Shown here: in pieces, positions 1-9,344 of the stretch
How positions within the stretch are numbered: the first letter of the stretch is position 1
How the letters are laid out: each line of letters starts with the position of its first letter
Position numbers and translations under genes: made by a program
Notes under the pieces: generated by a model
Database searches by the model: none
What the model was told of the DNA's origin: nothing
What the model saw: only the letters and a program-made list of their open reading frames with translations
DNA from: Anaerolineae bacterium
Lineage (GTDB): Bacteria > Chloroflexota > Anaerolineae > Aggregatilineales > J027
Length of the DNA stretch: 64,000 bases
NCBI GenBank assembly: GCA_019913005.1
Contig: JAIOHL010000249.1
Location: 5,615-69,614, forward strand
Reading direction: 5' to 3'

Positions 1-628
1 GAATATCAACGAGCATCTTTTTGCTGCGGCGGGGTTTTTCAATCGCGCCATTGAGCAGGGTATCCACCAAGAGACCGATGCTGGTAATGGGGGTGCGGAG
101 TTCGTGTGAGATATTCGCCACCATTTCGCGGCGTGCCCGGCCCAAACGTACCATCTCGGTCATGTCACGCAGGGTCATTAACTCAAGCGGAGTATGTTCA
201 TTAGGTTCAGTTTCGCTAATAAAAGCACGCACCCGCAGCATTTTCCCATCCAAATCAACCAATTGTTCGGGAATTTCGTCGGTTGCTTCGCGGGCTTCGT
301 CGAGTATTGCTTCCATCTCATGATCTTGAGTGGCGCGGATCAGGGTTTTGCCGACTAGATTGCTGCCCAGTAGCTTTTCTGCCGCTGGGTTGACATGTAA
401 AATCTGATGCTTTTGGTTCATCACCAAAACCGCGTCATCTACAATCTGCAAAAGGGCATCCCGCAAAACGATAGTCTCTTGCAACTGGTTGGATATGCCT
501 TGTCGCAAAAGCTCCGTTTGCTGAAGTTTCTTTTCCAACAGTCGAAGATGTTGGCGTGATTTCCAAAGCAGTGCTCCCAAACTGCCCGCAATGAGCAGTA
601 AGGGAATGATGATGAGTAGGTTCTCCAT
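1..628 (-). CDS. sensor histidine kinase, N-terminal part only (TM + PAS-like + HisKA); C-terminus lies beyond window start
   Basis: Minus-strand frame from ATG (626-628) stays open to position 1. It is absent from the ORF track because no stop falls inside the window. My translation gives MENLLIIIPLLLIAGSLGALLW (TM helix), a PAS-like middle and ANISHELRTPITSIG (H-box). It sits 20 nt downstream of the OmpR-type regulator. Confidence 0.85.
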   Translation of the reverse strand, partial: MENLLIIIPLLLIAGSLGALLWKSRQHLRLLEKKLQQTELLRQGISNQLQETIVLRDALLQIVDDAVLVMNQKHQILHVNPAAEKLLGSNLVGKTLIRATQDHEMEAILDEAREATDEIPEQLVDLDGKMLRVRAFISETEPNEHTPLELMTLRDMTEMVRLGRARREMVANISHELRTPITSIGLLVDTLLNGAIEKPRRSKKMLVDI

Positions 629-648
629 CGTGGAATATCACATTTCCA

Positions 649-1326
649 CTATTTTTCGAAGCGATAACCGACGCCACGCACTGTGACTAAACGGGCCGGA
701 CGCGACGGGTCTTCTTCGATTTTTTCACGCAGCCAGCGCACATGGACATCCACCGTTTTGGTCTGTCCACTGTATTCGTAACCCCAAACACGCTCTAGTA
801 ACAAATCGCGTGAGAGTACCGCTCCTTTGTTCCGCATCAGGGCCGCCAAAAGGTCAAATTCTTTGTGGGTGAGGTGGAGTTCTTTGTCAGTGCGGGTGGC
901 ACGACGGGCGATTAAATCCAACGTGAGGTCGCCTGATTCTAATTTGTCAGTGACGGTATGACCAGAAGGGGCACGCCGCAGCACAGCCCGGATACGCGCT
1001 AAAAATTCACCGAGATTAAACGGCTTGACGATATAGTCGTCTGCCCCGATTTCAAGTCCGATAATACGATCTACATCGCTGTCGCGGGCGGTCAACATTA
1101 CAATCGGCACACTCGATTCATTGCGTAGAATGCGACAGATGGAGATGCCATCCAGCGAAGGCAGCATCAAATCTAGCACAATTAAATCGGGCTGATTCTC
1201 ACGGGCCATATCCAGACCCTCAGCGCCGTCACCCGTGTGCAGTACCTTATAACCTTCTTTCGACAGGTTATACACGAGAGTCTCGCGCATCGTGGATTCG
1301 TCTTCGACCACCAATATTTTTTTCAT
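649..1326 (-). CDS. OmpR/PhoB-family response regulator (REC + winged helix)
   Basis: MKKILVVEDE...DLIVLDLMLP (acceptor Asp)...MLTARD...DDYIVKPF, then C-terminal LTHKEFDLL...TVDVHVRWLREKIE...VRGVGYRF. GGGAGG RBS just upstream on the minus strand. Confidence 0.93.
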   Translation of the reverse strand: MKKILVVEDESTMRETLVYNLSKEGYKVLHTGDGAEGLDMARENQPDLIVLDLMLPSLDGISICRILRNESSVPIVMLTARDSDVDRIIGLEIGADDYIVKPFNLGEFLARIRAVLRRAPSGHTVTDKLESGDLTLDLIARRATRTDKELHLTHKEFDLLAALMRNKGAVLSRDLLLERVWGYEYSGQTKTVDVHVRWLREKIEEDPSRPARLVTVRGVGYRFEK

Positions 1327-1496
1327 ATACAGTATCCTCCCAGATACATTTTGCTTGCATCTTTAAAGCCTAGCACACGTGCGATTAAGTTTCCATTAGA
1401 TTGTTTAAATTTGCCTTTTGGCGTGACTTGCATGTATCCTAAGAGGCCATTATCAAACGGTTTCCCAAAAAATGTTTGTGCAGATGGCGGCCCCAA

Positions 1497-3152
1497 ATGA
1501 GCACCGATTTATCAGGACAGGTTTTAAATCAGTATGAATTATTAGATGTCCTCGGCAAGGGGGGGATGGCAGTGGTCTATCGCGCTCGCCAGACCAATAT
1601 CAACCGTTATGTAGCCATAAAGGTCATGTCCAATGCTCTGCCGGGTGATGATAATTTTTTAAGCCGCTTTAAGCACGAAGCTGACTTGATTGCAACACTG
1701 GAACACCCCAATATTCTGCCCATTTACGATTATGGCAGCGCAGGGGAGTATTTTTATCTGGTGCTGCGCTTGATGGATGGGGGTAGCTTGGACAGCTACA
1801 TGGGTGGGAATCCACTGGCTCTACAAGATGTGGATCGTTTTCTGACCCAGATTGCCAGCGCGTTGGATTTTGCTCATCAGCACCGTGTAGTGCATCGTGA
1901 TCTTAAGCCCAACAATGTGCTGCTAGACCGACATGGCAATGCCTATTTGATGGATTTTGGGATTGCCAAAGTTATTTCCGATTCGAACCTGACGACAACC
2001 AATACCATTATGGGGACGCCGGGGTATATGGCCCCGGAGCAGTGGAAACTGACGCCATTTGACCATCGCATTGATGTGTACAGCCTCGGTATCATGACGT
2101 ATGAGATGCTGACAGGCAGCACGCCGTTTATTGGTCAAACCCCACTGCAATACATGTATGCCCATCTGCATGAACAGATTCCCCGCCCCAGTAATTTTGT
2201 TTATGGACTGTCGGCGGAAGCGGATAAGGTGTTGATGCGGGCGACGGCCAAAGACCCTAAACGCCGTTATGCCACTGCGGGTGAATTCGCGGCGGCATTT
2301 TCGGCAGCACTGCGGGGTGAAAAGGTGAGTGCTGAGGGTGTGCCTGTTTCGGTCAAACCATCACGGACAGGGAAGCCTGCCCAGAATGCATTGCAAGATG
2401 TCTTGGTGGACTTGGAATTATCCTCTGACAAATCACCAAGTCCAGTTCCCAAGTTGAATCAGATGTTGGGAAAACCTGATGACGCCGCGAATGTGGAGCA
2501 TATGGATGACAGTGATCTCGCCCAACTATTGGAGGACGTGCTTGATGTCTTGGGCGAACCGTCGGCTGTATCACCTAATCAGCCCGTTGCTAAACTCCAT
2601 GAAGCAGAAGAGAGCGGAAAATCCCAGCGGCGTATCCCCGCGATTCGCTTACACGATTTATTGTCCGATTTGGCGGATTTACCGTCGCGTTCGAGTCCCA
2701 AAGTCGGAGACTTACTTCAAGCTGCGACAGGTACAGCGTCAACAGAACCCAAAACGCCTCCTAAACGCTCCGAACGGATGGAAAATTTACTTTCGCAATT
2801 GGTGGAACAGCCCGATGAAAAAAAAGTGCGGGTGCATCTCAATTTGGTGGACTTGTTATCCTATGGGGGCAAAAAACATCGCTCGCTGGGGGTGAATGCC
2901 CAACAAGTGCGCCTGCCACCCTCGTTAGAGGCACTGGTGGGTCAATCTACTGGGCTGATGCTGTTGGGGGTGGATATGGACGGCGTGGCGGAACGTGCCG
3001 GACTCTTTATGGGAGATATTTTGGTGTCGGCGGATGGTCAGCGGTTGCAGCATTTGGATGATTTGAATCGTGCTTTTACTAAATCTGCAACGGAAATTCA
3101 GGTCATCCGCGCTGGACAATTGCAGAACATTCAAGTGATGCTTGATTCGTAA
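1497..3152 (+). CDS. Hanks-type Ser/Thr protein kinase with C-terminal PDZ-like domain, no TM helix seen
   Basis: GKGGMAVVYRA, VAIKV, HRDLKPNNVLL, DFGIAK, GTPGYMAPE. Acidic low-complexity linker. Last ~85 aa (GLMLLGVDMDGVAERAGLFMGDILVSADGQRL...) read as PDZ. ATG 1497 preferred over the TTG at 1476 that opens the ORF. Confidence 0.9.
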   Translation: MSTDLSGQVLNQYELLDVLGKGGMAVVYRARQTNINRYVAIKVMSNALPGDDNFLSRFKHEADLIATLEHPNILPIYDYGSAGEYFYLVLRLMDGGSLDSYMGGNPLALQDVDRFLTQIASALDFAHQHRVVHRDLKPNNVLLDRHGNAYLMDFGIAKVISDSNLTTTNTIMGTPGYMAPEQWKLTPFDHRIDVYSLGIMTYEMLTGSTPFIGQTPLQYMYAHLHEQIPRPSNFVYGLSAEADKVLMRATAKDPKRRYATAGEFAAAFSAALRGEKVSAEGVPVSVKPSRTGKPAQNALQDVLVDLELSSDKSPSPVPKLNQMLGKPDDAANVEHMDDSDLAQLLEDVLDVLGEPSAVSPNQPVAKLHEAEESGKSQRRIPAIRLHDLLSDLADLPSRSSPKVGDLLQAATGTASTEPKTPPKRSERMENLLSQLVEQPDEKKVRVHLNLVDLLSYGGKKHRSLGVNAQQVRLPPSLEALVGQSTGLMLLGVDMDGVAERAGLFMGDILVSADGQRLQHLDDLNRAFTKSATEIQVIRAGQLQNIQVMLDS

Positions 3153-3251
3153 CGGTATTCTTAGGTCTACTCACGCTTGCTCTAAGTACCTCTCAACGGT
3201 TATGCTTATGCCTGTTCTAAATTCCATCATGAGGACGAAGCGTAAAAGCTC

Positions 3252-5495
3252 ATGAATCCAAATCTTGCTGGACAAGTTATTGATAACTATCAACTCATCG
3301 AAGTCATGGGTCGGGGTGGGATGGCGGTGGTTTATCGCGCCCGCCAACTCAATATCGAGCGTAACGTTGCCGTCAAGGTGATGTCCTCGGCATTAGCAGG
3401 CAGTCCCGACTTTATTGCCCGCTTCAAACGTGAGGCCGACCTGATTGCCAAATTGGAACATCCGCATATCCTGCCAATTTACGATTATGGACAGGTGGGG
3501 GAATATGTCTATTTGGTGGTGCGCTTGATGGAAGGGGGTAGCCTAGATCGGCGGATTCGGGGCAAACCACTGCCGCTGCCGGATATTGAAAAATTGATGA
3601 CCCAGATTGCGGGTGGGTTGGATTATGCCCATCAACATGGCATTGTGCATCGTGACCTCAAGCCGAATAATGTGCTGCTGGATAATTTGGGCAATGCCTA
3701 TTTGATGGACTTTGGCATCGCCAAGATTATGCAAGGCACGCAGATGACCGCGACGGGTACAATGATGGGCACGCCTGCCTATATGGCCCCCGAGCAGTGG
3801 AAAGCCGAAGCTATTGACCAGCGGGCTGATATTTATAGCTTGGGCATTATTCTATACGAGTTGCTGACGGGTGATGTGCCATTCCATGCCGAAACGCCCC
3901 ATCAATTAATGTTCGCGCATTTGGAAAAAGAGATGCCGCGTGCCAGCCTTAAAGTGCCGGGACTGTCGTCGGCGATTGATGATGTGGTTTTGAAAGCGAC
4001 CTCCAAGAAACCTGAAGAGCGTTATCAAAAAGCGCTTGATCTAACCAAAGATCTGCTTGAGGCTATTAAGGGCCAGAAAGAGGATTTGCGCGGTGATCTG
4101 ATTCCATTGACGGTGCGCTTGGAACGTCCCCCAACCACAGAACCGACTGCCCCACCTGCACCTGCCAAACCCACCCCTGAACAGGCCATGCGAACGGTGT
4201 TGGATGCGATGCCTCCCACACAGACACAGATGCCGCAGTATACGCCGCCTGCGCCACAGCCCCCTGTGCCAACCCCAATGCCGCAGTATACACCCCCCCA
4301 AACTGGAATGGGGCAGATGCCACCCCCGCAGACCGGCATGGCACAAGGGCCATATCCACCCTATCAGACCTCCTATCCGCAGCAAGCGCCGACCTTCCCG
4401 CCACCGGCAGGATATACGATGCAGCCTGTGTATACTCCTAAGAAAAAAGGCCCGAATGTTTTGGGCATCATTGGCAGCCTTCTCGTGCTGCTCATTCTAT
4501 TGGGTGGCGCAGTGGGCATTGTCTTGTTCGCGCTGAGTCAGGACGATGACAAGGGAGACGGCGATGAGACGAGAGCCGCTGATGTCAATCAATCCCCAGA
4601 GGCATCCGCCGAAGTGACAGAAGTCGCAACCGAAGTTGGCACACCTGAAGATACGGCCACACCGACACAAACCGCTACGGCAACTAACACCGCCACACCC
4701 GAACCACCTAAAGTTGTGGAAGTGCCTGTTTTGACAGCACAACCTTCGATGCTTTGCCCCGCAACAATGGATAGCCAGCTTGCAGTGGGGATGCACGGAC
4801 GCACTACCCTGATTGGCTCAGGGACGACCAATGTCCGGGCCAATCCCGATGGTGATGTCATCACTCGTATCAACAATGGTACAGAATTTAATGTCATTGG
4901 TGGGCCAGATTGTGCGGGTGGCCGCTTTACATGGTGGCAGATTCAACTCGACAGCGGGACGCAGGGCTGGGTTGCAGAGGGTGAAGGTAATTATTTTGTC
5001 GAGCCATGGCCCACCGTCACGCTGACCGAAAAAGTGTTGCAGGTCGTGGATGGCATTGAAAGCATTGACGTTCGTGCTGAGGCCGATGAGTCCTCGGGCA
5101 CCATTGCTACGTTGTTCCCCGGTGATCGCGTGGGATGGGATGGCACATTGGAAGAAGCAGGCGGTATTCAATGGGCCAAAGTGACCACCTATGATGGCGC
5201 AACAGGCTATCTACTCTTTGACGGCAATTTTGTAGCGCAAATTGATCCTCGTAAGGTCACAGCGGGTATATTCATCAGCAAGACGCTAGAAGTGCTTTCG
5301 GCGGGCGATGGAGCCAACCTCCGCGAAAATTTTGACACTGCTTCGACTCGTCTTCAAACGGTTGCGGAAGGGGTCAAAATTGAAGTAATTGGCGGGCCAG
5401 AATTTGCCGACTATTTTGTGTGGTGGCAGGTTCGCCTGACTGACGGCACCGAGGGCTGGATTGCTGACCATCCTACATGGTTTAACGTAGAATAA
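3252..5495 (+). CDS. Hanks-type Ser/Thr protein kinase, Pro/Gln-rich linker, one TM helix, three extracytoplasmic SH3b-like modules
   Basis: GRGGMAVVYRA, VAVKV, HRDLKPNNVLL, DFGIAK, GTPAYMAPE. TM helix VLGIIGSLLVLLILLGGAVGIVLFAL. Three modules of the form NVRANP...FTWWQIQLDSGTQGWVAEG / IDVRAEA...IQWAKVTTYDGATGYL / ANLRENF...FVWWQVRLTDGTEGWIADH. Confidence 0.9.
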   Translation: MNPNLAGQVIDNYQLIEVMGRGGMAVVYRARQLNIERNVAVKVMSSALAGSPDFIARFKREADLIAKLEHPHILPIYDYGQVGEYVYLVVRLMEGGSLDRRIRGKPLPLPDIEKLMTQIAGGLDYAHQHGIVHRDLKPNNVLLDNLGNAYLMDFGIAKIMQGTQMTATGTMMGTPAYMAPEQWKAEAIDQRADIYSLGIILYELLTGDVPFHAETPHQLMFAHLEKEMPRASLKVPGLSSAIDDVVLKATSKKPEERYQKALDLTKDLLEAIKGQKEDLRGDLIPLTVRLERPPTTEPTAPPAPAKPTPEQAMRTVLDAMPPTQTQMPQYTPPAPQPPVPTPMPQYTPPQTGMGQMPPPQTGMAQGPYPPYQTSYPQQAPTFPPPAGYTMQPVYTPKKKGPNVLGIIGSLLVLLILLGGAVGIVLFALSQDDDKGDGDETRAADVNQSPEASAEVTEVATEVGTPEDTATPTQTATATNTATPEPPKVVEVPVLTAQPSMLCPATMDSQLAVGMHGRTTLIGSGTTNVRANPDGDVITRINNGTEFNVIGGPDCAGGRFTWWQIQLDSGTQGWVAEGEGNYFVEPWPTVTLTEKVLQVVDGIESIDVRAEADESSGTIATLFPGDRVGWDGTLEEAGGIQWAKVTTYDGATGYLLFDGNFVAQIDPRKVTAGIFISKTLEVLSAGDGANLRENFDTASTRLQTVAEGVKIEVIGGPEFADYFVWWQVRLTDGTEGWIADHPTWFNVE
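4230..4350 (+). repeat. in-frame low-complexity Pro/Gln repeat inside the kinase linker
   Basis: The 14-nt string atgccgcagtatac occurs at 4230-4243 and 4278-4291 (peptide MPQYTPP twice). PQTGMGQ / PQTGMAQ follow. Confidence 0.6.
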
Positions 5496-5502
5496 TTTTC
5501 AG

Positions 5503-5531
5503 AAGGGCGGTTGATAAAAAATCGCCCTTTT
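5503..5531 (+). terminator. candidate intrinsic terminator after the second kinase
   Basis: AAGGGCG (5503-5509) pairs with CGCCCTT (5523-5529), followed by a short T run (TTTT 5528-5531). The loop is long (13 nt), so this is only moderate. Confidence 0.4.
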
Positions 5532-5550
5532 ATCAAAGAATAATGCCCCA

Positions 5551-6816
5551 ATGAGTATTTCAGAGTCACTTGATACCACCCATCCCATTGATATTCCTGA
5601 GCAGAGGCCACCCTCTTTATTGGAAGCACCGCCGGAGGAGTCTCATAAAGAGCGCTTTCGCCAAATTGTTCAAGCCTATATGACAATTGAGGAAGATGAT
5701 CTGGCAACTGCCCCCGCCGCCAAACGCACCGCATTGGTGTTTCGGGGGAAACTGCTTCAATCAGCAGCGGAGACCTATCCACCGCTTAGTGAAAAAATTG
5801 AAGCGGAGGGGTGTACCCTCTTTTTGCAGCGTGGGCCTGAAAAGAAGGATGAAGTGCTGATTGTTGAGGGACAAGTGGTTCAGCGTGCCGTCAAAACGCG
5901 CTGGTGGTTTCACTTGGGCTTGTTGATTGTGACAGTCTTTACCACACTGGTCGCGGGTGCAACCTTTGTGGGTTATGATCTTGACTCCATACGTGCGGCG
6001 GTGGCTGAACAAAACACTGTGACTTTGCGCGAAATGTACAATGGTGGACGGCAGTTCGCTTTTCCGTTGCTGCTGATTTTGGGCGTGCATGAAATGGGGC
6101 ATTATGTGGCGGCCCGTTTGCATAAAGTCAAAGTTACGCTGCCGTTCTTTATCCCCCTGCCGCTGTCCAGTTTAATGCCCTTATCACTGGGTACGATGGG
6201 TGCGGTGATTTTTATCACCAGCCCATTCAAAAACCGCAAAATGCTGTTTGATATTGGCTTGGCTGGGCCATTAGCCGGGTTATTGGTAGCGATTCCATTC
6301 TTTATCACAGGTCTAAAAGCACAGCCGACCATCGGGATTCCGCTGGAATGGCTACAACAACTTCGGGTTGATCGGGTGAGCGTGCCGCTTTTTCTGGAGT
6401 GGGTTGCCCGCTCCGTCTATACCGAGCAGCAAGTTGCCCGTATTGACAGCACGGTCTTTTTTCGTCACCCACAAGCACTAGCGGCGTGGTTTGGAACATT
6501 ATTGACTTTCCTCAATTTACTACCCCTCGGCCAATTTGATGGCGGGCATGTGGCCTATGCGCTGTTTGGGCGTCGGGTCGCATGGCCGCTGGCATTCTCG
6601 GTTGCTGCCATCTGCATCCTGCTTGGCCTTATGGGTTTTTGGGCGGCATGGTTAATCTGGCCTTTGTTTGCAGTCCTGACAGGTCTGCGCCACCCGCCAC
6701 CACACGATGATATTACCCCGTTGGGATTGCCCCGCATGATTTTGGGTGGAATTACGGTGGCCCTGTTCTTCAGTCTGATTGTGATCACGCCGTTTTATAC
6801 TTCCATCACTCGCTAA
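5551..6816 (+). CDS. M50 family (site-2 protease-like) membrane metalloprotease
   Basis: LGVHEMGHYVAARLH (HExxH) and NLLPLGQFDGGH second motif. Multiple hydrophobic helices. Confidence 0.88.
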   Translation: MSISESLDTTHPIDIPEQRPPSLLEAPPEESHKERFRQIVQAYMTIEEDDLATAPAAKRTALVFRGKLLQSAAETYPPLSEKIEAEGCTLFLQRGPEKKDEVLIVEGQVVQRAVKTRWWFHLGLLIVTVFTTLVAGATFVGYDLDSIRAAVAEQNTVTLREMYNGGRQFAFPLLLILGVHEMGHYVAARLHKVKVTLPFFIPLPLSSLMPLSLGTMGAVIFITSPFKNRKMLFDIGLAGPLAGLLVAIPFFITGLKAQPTIGIPLEWLQQLRVDRVSVPLFLEWVARSVYTEQQVARIDSTVFFRHPQALAAWFGTLLTFLNLLPLGQFDGGHVAYALFGRRVAWPLAFSVAAICILLGLMGFWAAWLIWPLFAVLTGLRHPPPHDDITPLGLPRMILGGITVALFFSLIVITPFYTSITR

Positions 6817-6923
6817 AATATTTGGTGAATCTGGCAGGCAACACGGTTGCCGTTTTTTGCGTTTCATCGCATAATTGGCGGCAAAAAGCGTATCCCGGAC
6901 GGCATTTAGGAGCATGTTTTACC

Positions 6924-8126
6924 ATGATTAGTATTCCAATGACGATTGGTATTGAAGAAGAATATCAAATTATTGATCCCCAAACCCGCGAACTAACTTC
7001 CTACGTCCAACAACTCATGAATCGAGGCCGGGTCACGCTTGGTAATCAATTAAAACCTGAATTTATGCAATCCCAAATTGAGGTTGGTAGCCGTGTTTGT
7101 GCCAATATTCAGGAGGCCCGTCAAGAGATTATCCATTTGCGACGGACGGTTTTTGAGGCTGCTGAAGAAAATGGTCGAGCGATTGCCGCCGCTGGAACCC
7201 ATCCATTTTCGCGCTGGCAGGATCAGCGTTTTTCGGAAGGGGAGCGGTACGACGACTTACAATCCACCATGCAAGACGCCGCTCGTCGCTTGTTAATCTT
7301 CGGGATGCACGTTCATGTCGGTTTTGGGCAGGATCGCCGTGCTTTTGAGCTGATTGTGGATGTCATGAACCAAATCCGCTATTTTCTGCCGCATATTTTG
7401 GCGCTTTCAACCTCCTCCCCGTTTTGGCATGGACGCGACACGGGTATGAAGAGTTACCGCTGTCTGGTTTTTGAGAACATGCCCCGCACGGGTATTCCCC
7501 CTATTTTTGGTGGATTTGCGGATTATGATCGTTATGTAGATGTGATGGCAGCGGTGGGGTCATTGGGGCCAAAGGGCACAGGCAAGCCGTCGGGTGAAGC
7601 CTCGCCCAAAGATGCGACCAAGATTTGGTGGGACGCACGGCCTCATCCGAACTGGGGCACGCTTGAAATCCGCATCTCGGATATGTGTACGACTGTGGAT
7701 GAGTGTATGTGTGTGGCAGCGCTGATTCAGTCGTTCGTTGCCAAATTTATCAAACTCCGCAATCAAAATCTCAGTTGGCGCATTTATCCTTCACATATGA
7801 TTAGCGAAAACAAATGGCGGGCGGTTCGTTGGGGCATTGATGGCAAACTCATTGATTTTGGTATCGAAGATGAAGTGCCTATGCGCCTATTGGTACAGGA
7901 AATTTTGGAAATTATTGACGACGTGGTAGACGAGCTTGGCACGCGCCAAGATGTCGAATATGCCAAAACGATTTTGGAAAAAGGGACGAGCGCGGATCGT
8001 CAACTTGCCACCTTCCGCCGTGCGTTGAATGAAGGGGCGGATACTCAAGAAGCCTTAAATGCGGTGGTGGATCAATTGATTCGGGAGACACAACTGGGCT
8101 GGCGTGAACCTGCCATGCACCCGTAA
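6924..8126 (+). CDS. carboxylate-amine ligase, YbdK / glutamate-cysteine ligase family 2
   Basis: N-terminus MISIPMTIGIEEEYQIIDPQTREL and overall length fit GCS2. ATG 6924 preferred; the ORF opens 34 codons earlier at 6822. Confidence 0.85.
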   Translation: MISIPMTIGIEEEYQIIDPQTRELTSYVQQLMNRGRVTLGNQLKPEFMQSQIEVGSRVCANIQEARQEIIHLRRTVFEAAEENGRAIAAAGTHPFSRWQDQRFSEGERYDDLQSTMQDAARRLLIFGMHVHVGFGQDRRAFELIVDVMNQIRYFLPHILALSTSSPFWHGRDTGMKSYRCLVFENMPRTGIPPIFGGFADYDRYVDVMAAVGSLGPKGTGKPSGEASPKDATKIWWDARPHPNWGTLEIRISDMCTTVDECMCVAALIQSFVAKFIKLRNQNLSWRIYPSHMISENKWRAVRWGIDGKLIDFGIEDEVPMRLLVQEILEIIDDVVDELGTRQDVEYAKTILEKGTSADRQLATFRRALNEGADTQEALNAVVDQLIRETQLGWREPAMHP

Positions 8127-8323
8127 TTGATTATGCGACGAAATTTTATCTTGATGTCTTTGGTGGCGATGATGGGGCGGGCGCTCATTGTCTGGTTGCG
8201 CGTCCGTCCAATTGTTCCTGCTGTGCGTTGGCTTCTGCGGGTACGCCCGGAGGTTGTGGCCTATCTGCGCGAAATTAACCAAATTCGCTCCCTAACAAAG
8301 CCGCCGTCGTAGAGCTTACTCCT

Positions 8324-9232
8324 CTAACACGTTCCATAGCCGCGCTGTTCAAAACTGAGCGGGTCAACAGGGCCGTCGTTGATACGTGTTTCATAATGGA
8401 CATGCGGGCCAGTGCTGTTGCCCGTACTGCCACTCCACCCGATCACTGAAAATCGTCCCACCGACTGCCCCGATGACACATTAAACGAGGTTAGATGGGC
8501 ATAGTAGGTGATGAATCCTCCACTTTGAATGATGACCAGATAGCCGTAACCGATTTCACTCCAACCCGCAAAGGTGACGGTCCCGCTGTGGGTGGCTTGG
8601 ACAGGTGTGCCAATCGGAATCCCCAAATCTATGCCAATATGATATTGATGAAAACGCTGCGTCAAAATGCCAGAGACGGGTAAACCCGCTGGCCCACATC
8701 CCCCCTCTGGCACATCTGCATTGGCAACAATCGTTGGGCCTGCTTGACCGGACGGGTCAAAAAAATCCGGTGGTGTGGCGGTGATAATCCCCTGATCTTC
8801 GGACTGGACATAGGTAGGGACGATGGGAGCAGTGGTGGGGAAAATTGGAGGCAATGCCGATAGAGGCGTAGGGGTGATTAAGGAAAATTGCGAGTTGCCT
8901 GTCATTGGTAGATAGACGCCAACAGGGGGAATTCCCGGCACAGCGATGGGCAGCCCGGCAGGATTATCCACCAAATTATCATTCCATAGAGCTTGTTCGA
9001 CACCGGGGAGCACCGCCGCATAATAGCTCGATGGCGGAAGTTCGGCAGATAAATCTGGGGTAGCAACCGTTGGAATGGCGTGCAGTTGACGATTGGGTTG
9101 ATTCCATGCCGCTGTCCATGCAAAGTAGGTAGTGCTGAGAATAAGCAGAATCAATACCAGCCCCCACAGCCAATGATTGAGGCATTGACGAGAACGAGCC
9201 GGCAAGGAAACGGACTGAGTTTGTTTTGGCAT
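8324..9232 (-). CDS. M23/LytM family peptidoglycan endopeptidase with N-terminal membrane anchor
   Basis: HIGIDLGIPIGTPVQA (HxxxD) and GSTGNSTGPHVHYE (HxH). TM WLWGLVLILLILSTTYFAW. ATG 9232 with AGAGG upstream preferred over TTG 9250. Confidence 0.88.
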   Translation of the reverse strand: MPKQTQSVSLPARSRQCLNHWLWGLVLILLILSTTYFAWTAAWNQPNRQLHAIPTVATPDLSAELPPSSYYAAVLPGVEQALWNDNLVDNPAGLPIAVPGIPPVGVYLPMTGNSQFSLITPTPLSALPPIFPTTAPIVPTYVQSEDQGIITATPPDFFDPSGQAGPTIVANADVPEGGCGPAGLPVSGILTQRFHQYHIGIDLGIPIGTPVQATHSGTVTFAGWSEIGYGYLVIIQSGGFITYYAHLTSFNVSSGQSVGRFSVIGWSGSTGNSTGPHVHYETRINDGPVDPLSFEQRGYGTC

Positions 9233-9286
9233 AACCTCTATTGTACTCAATCAGCAACGGACTGAAACAACGGGTAGATTGACATT

Positions 9287-9314
9287 AAAAAAGAGCGTAC
9301 CGGGTGGCACGCTC
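9287..9314 (-). terminator. intrinsic terminator downstream of the DUF4397 gene
   Basis: On the minus-strand RNA: GAGCGUGCC-ACCC-GGUACGCUC (9 bp including one G.U) followed by UUUUUU. On the plus strand the same position would be an A.C mismatch, so the element is directional. Confidence 0.7.
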
Positions 9315-9344
9315 TTGAAAAAAGAGGCATTACGGAGTACAGAG

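Noticed and set aside
4025-4536. Cluster of four overlapping ORFs (three minus-strand at 4025-4404 and a plus-strand one at 4204-4536) over the Pro/Gln-rich kinase linker
   Set aside because: They arise from the codon-biased CCN/CAR repeat region. All lie inside the continuous kinase reading frame.
8127-8312. 61-aa Arg-rich ORF (TTG start) in the convergent gap between the GCS2 ligase and M23 peptidase genes
   Set aside because: It has a non-ATG start, no RBS and an odd composition. It cannot be excluded as a small membrane protein, but there is no positive evidence.
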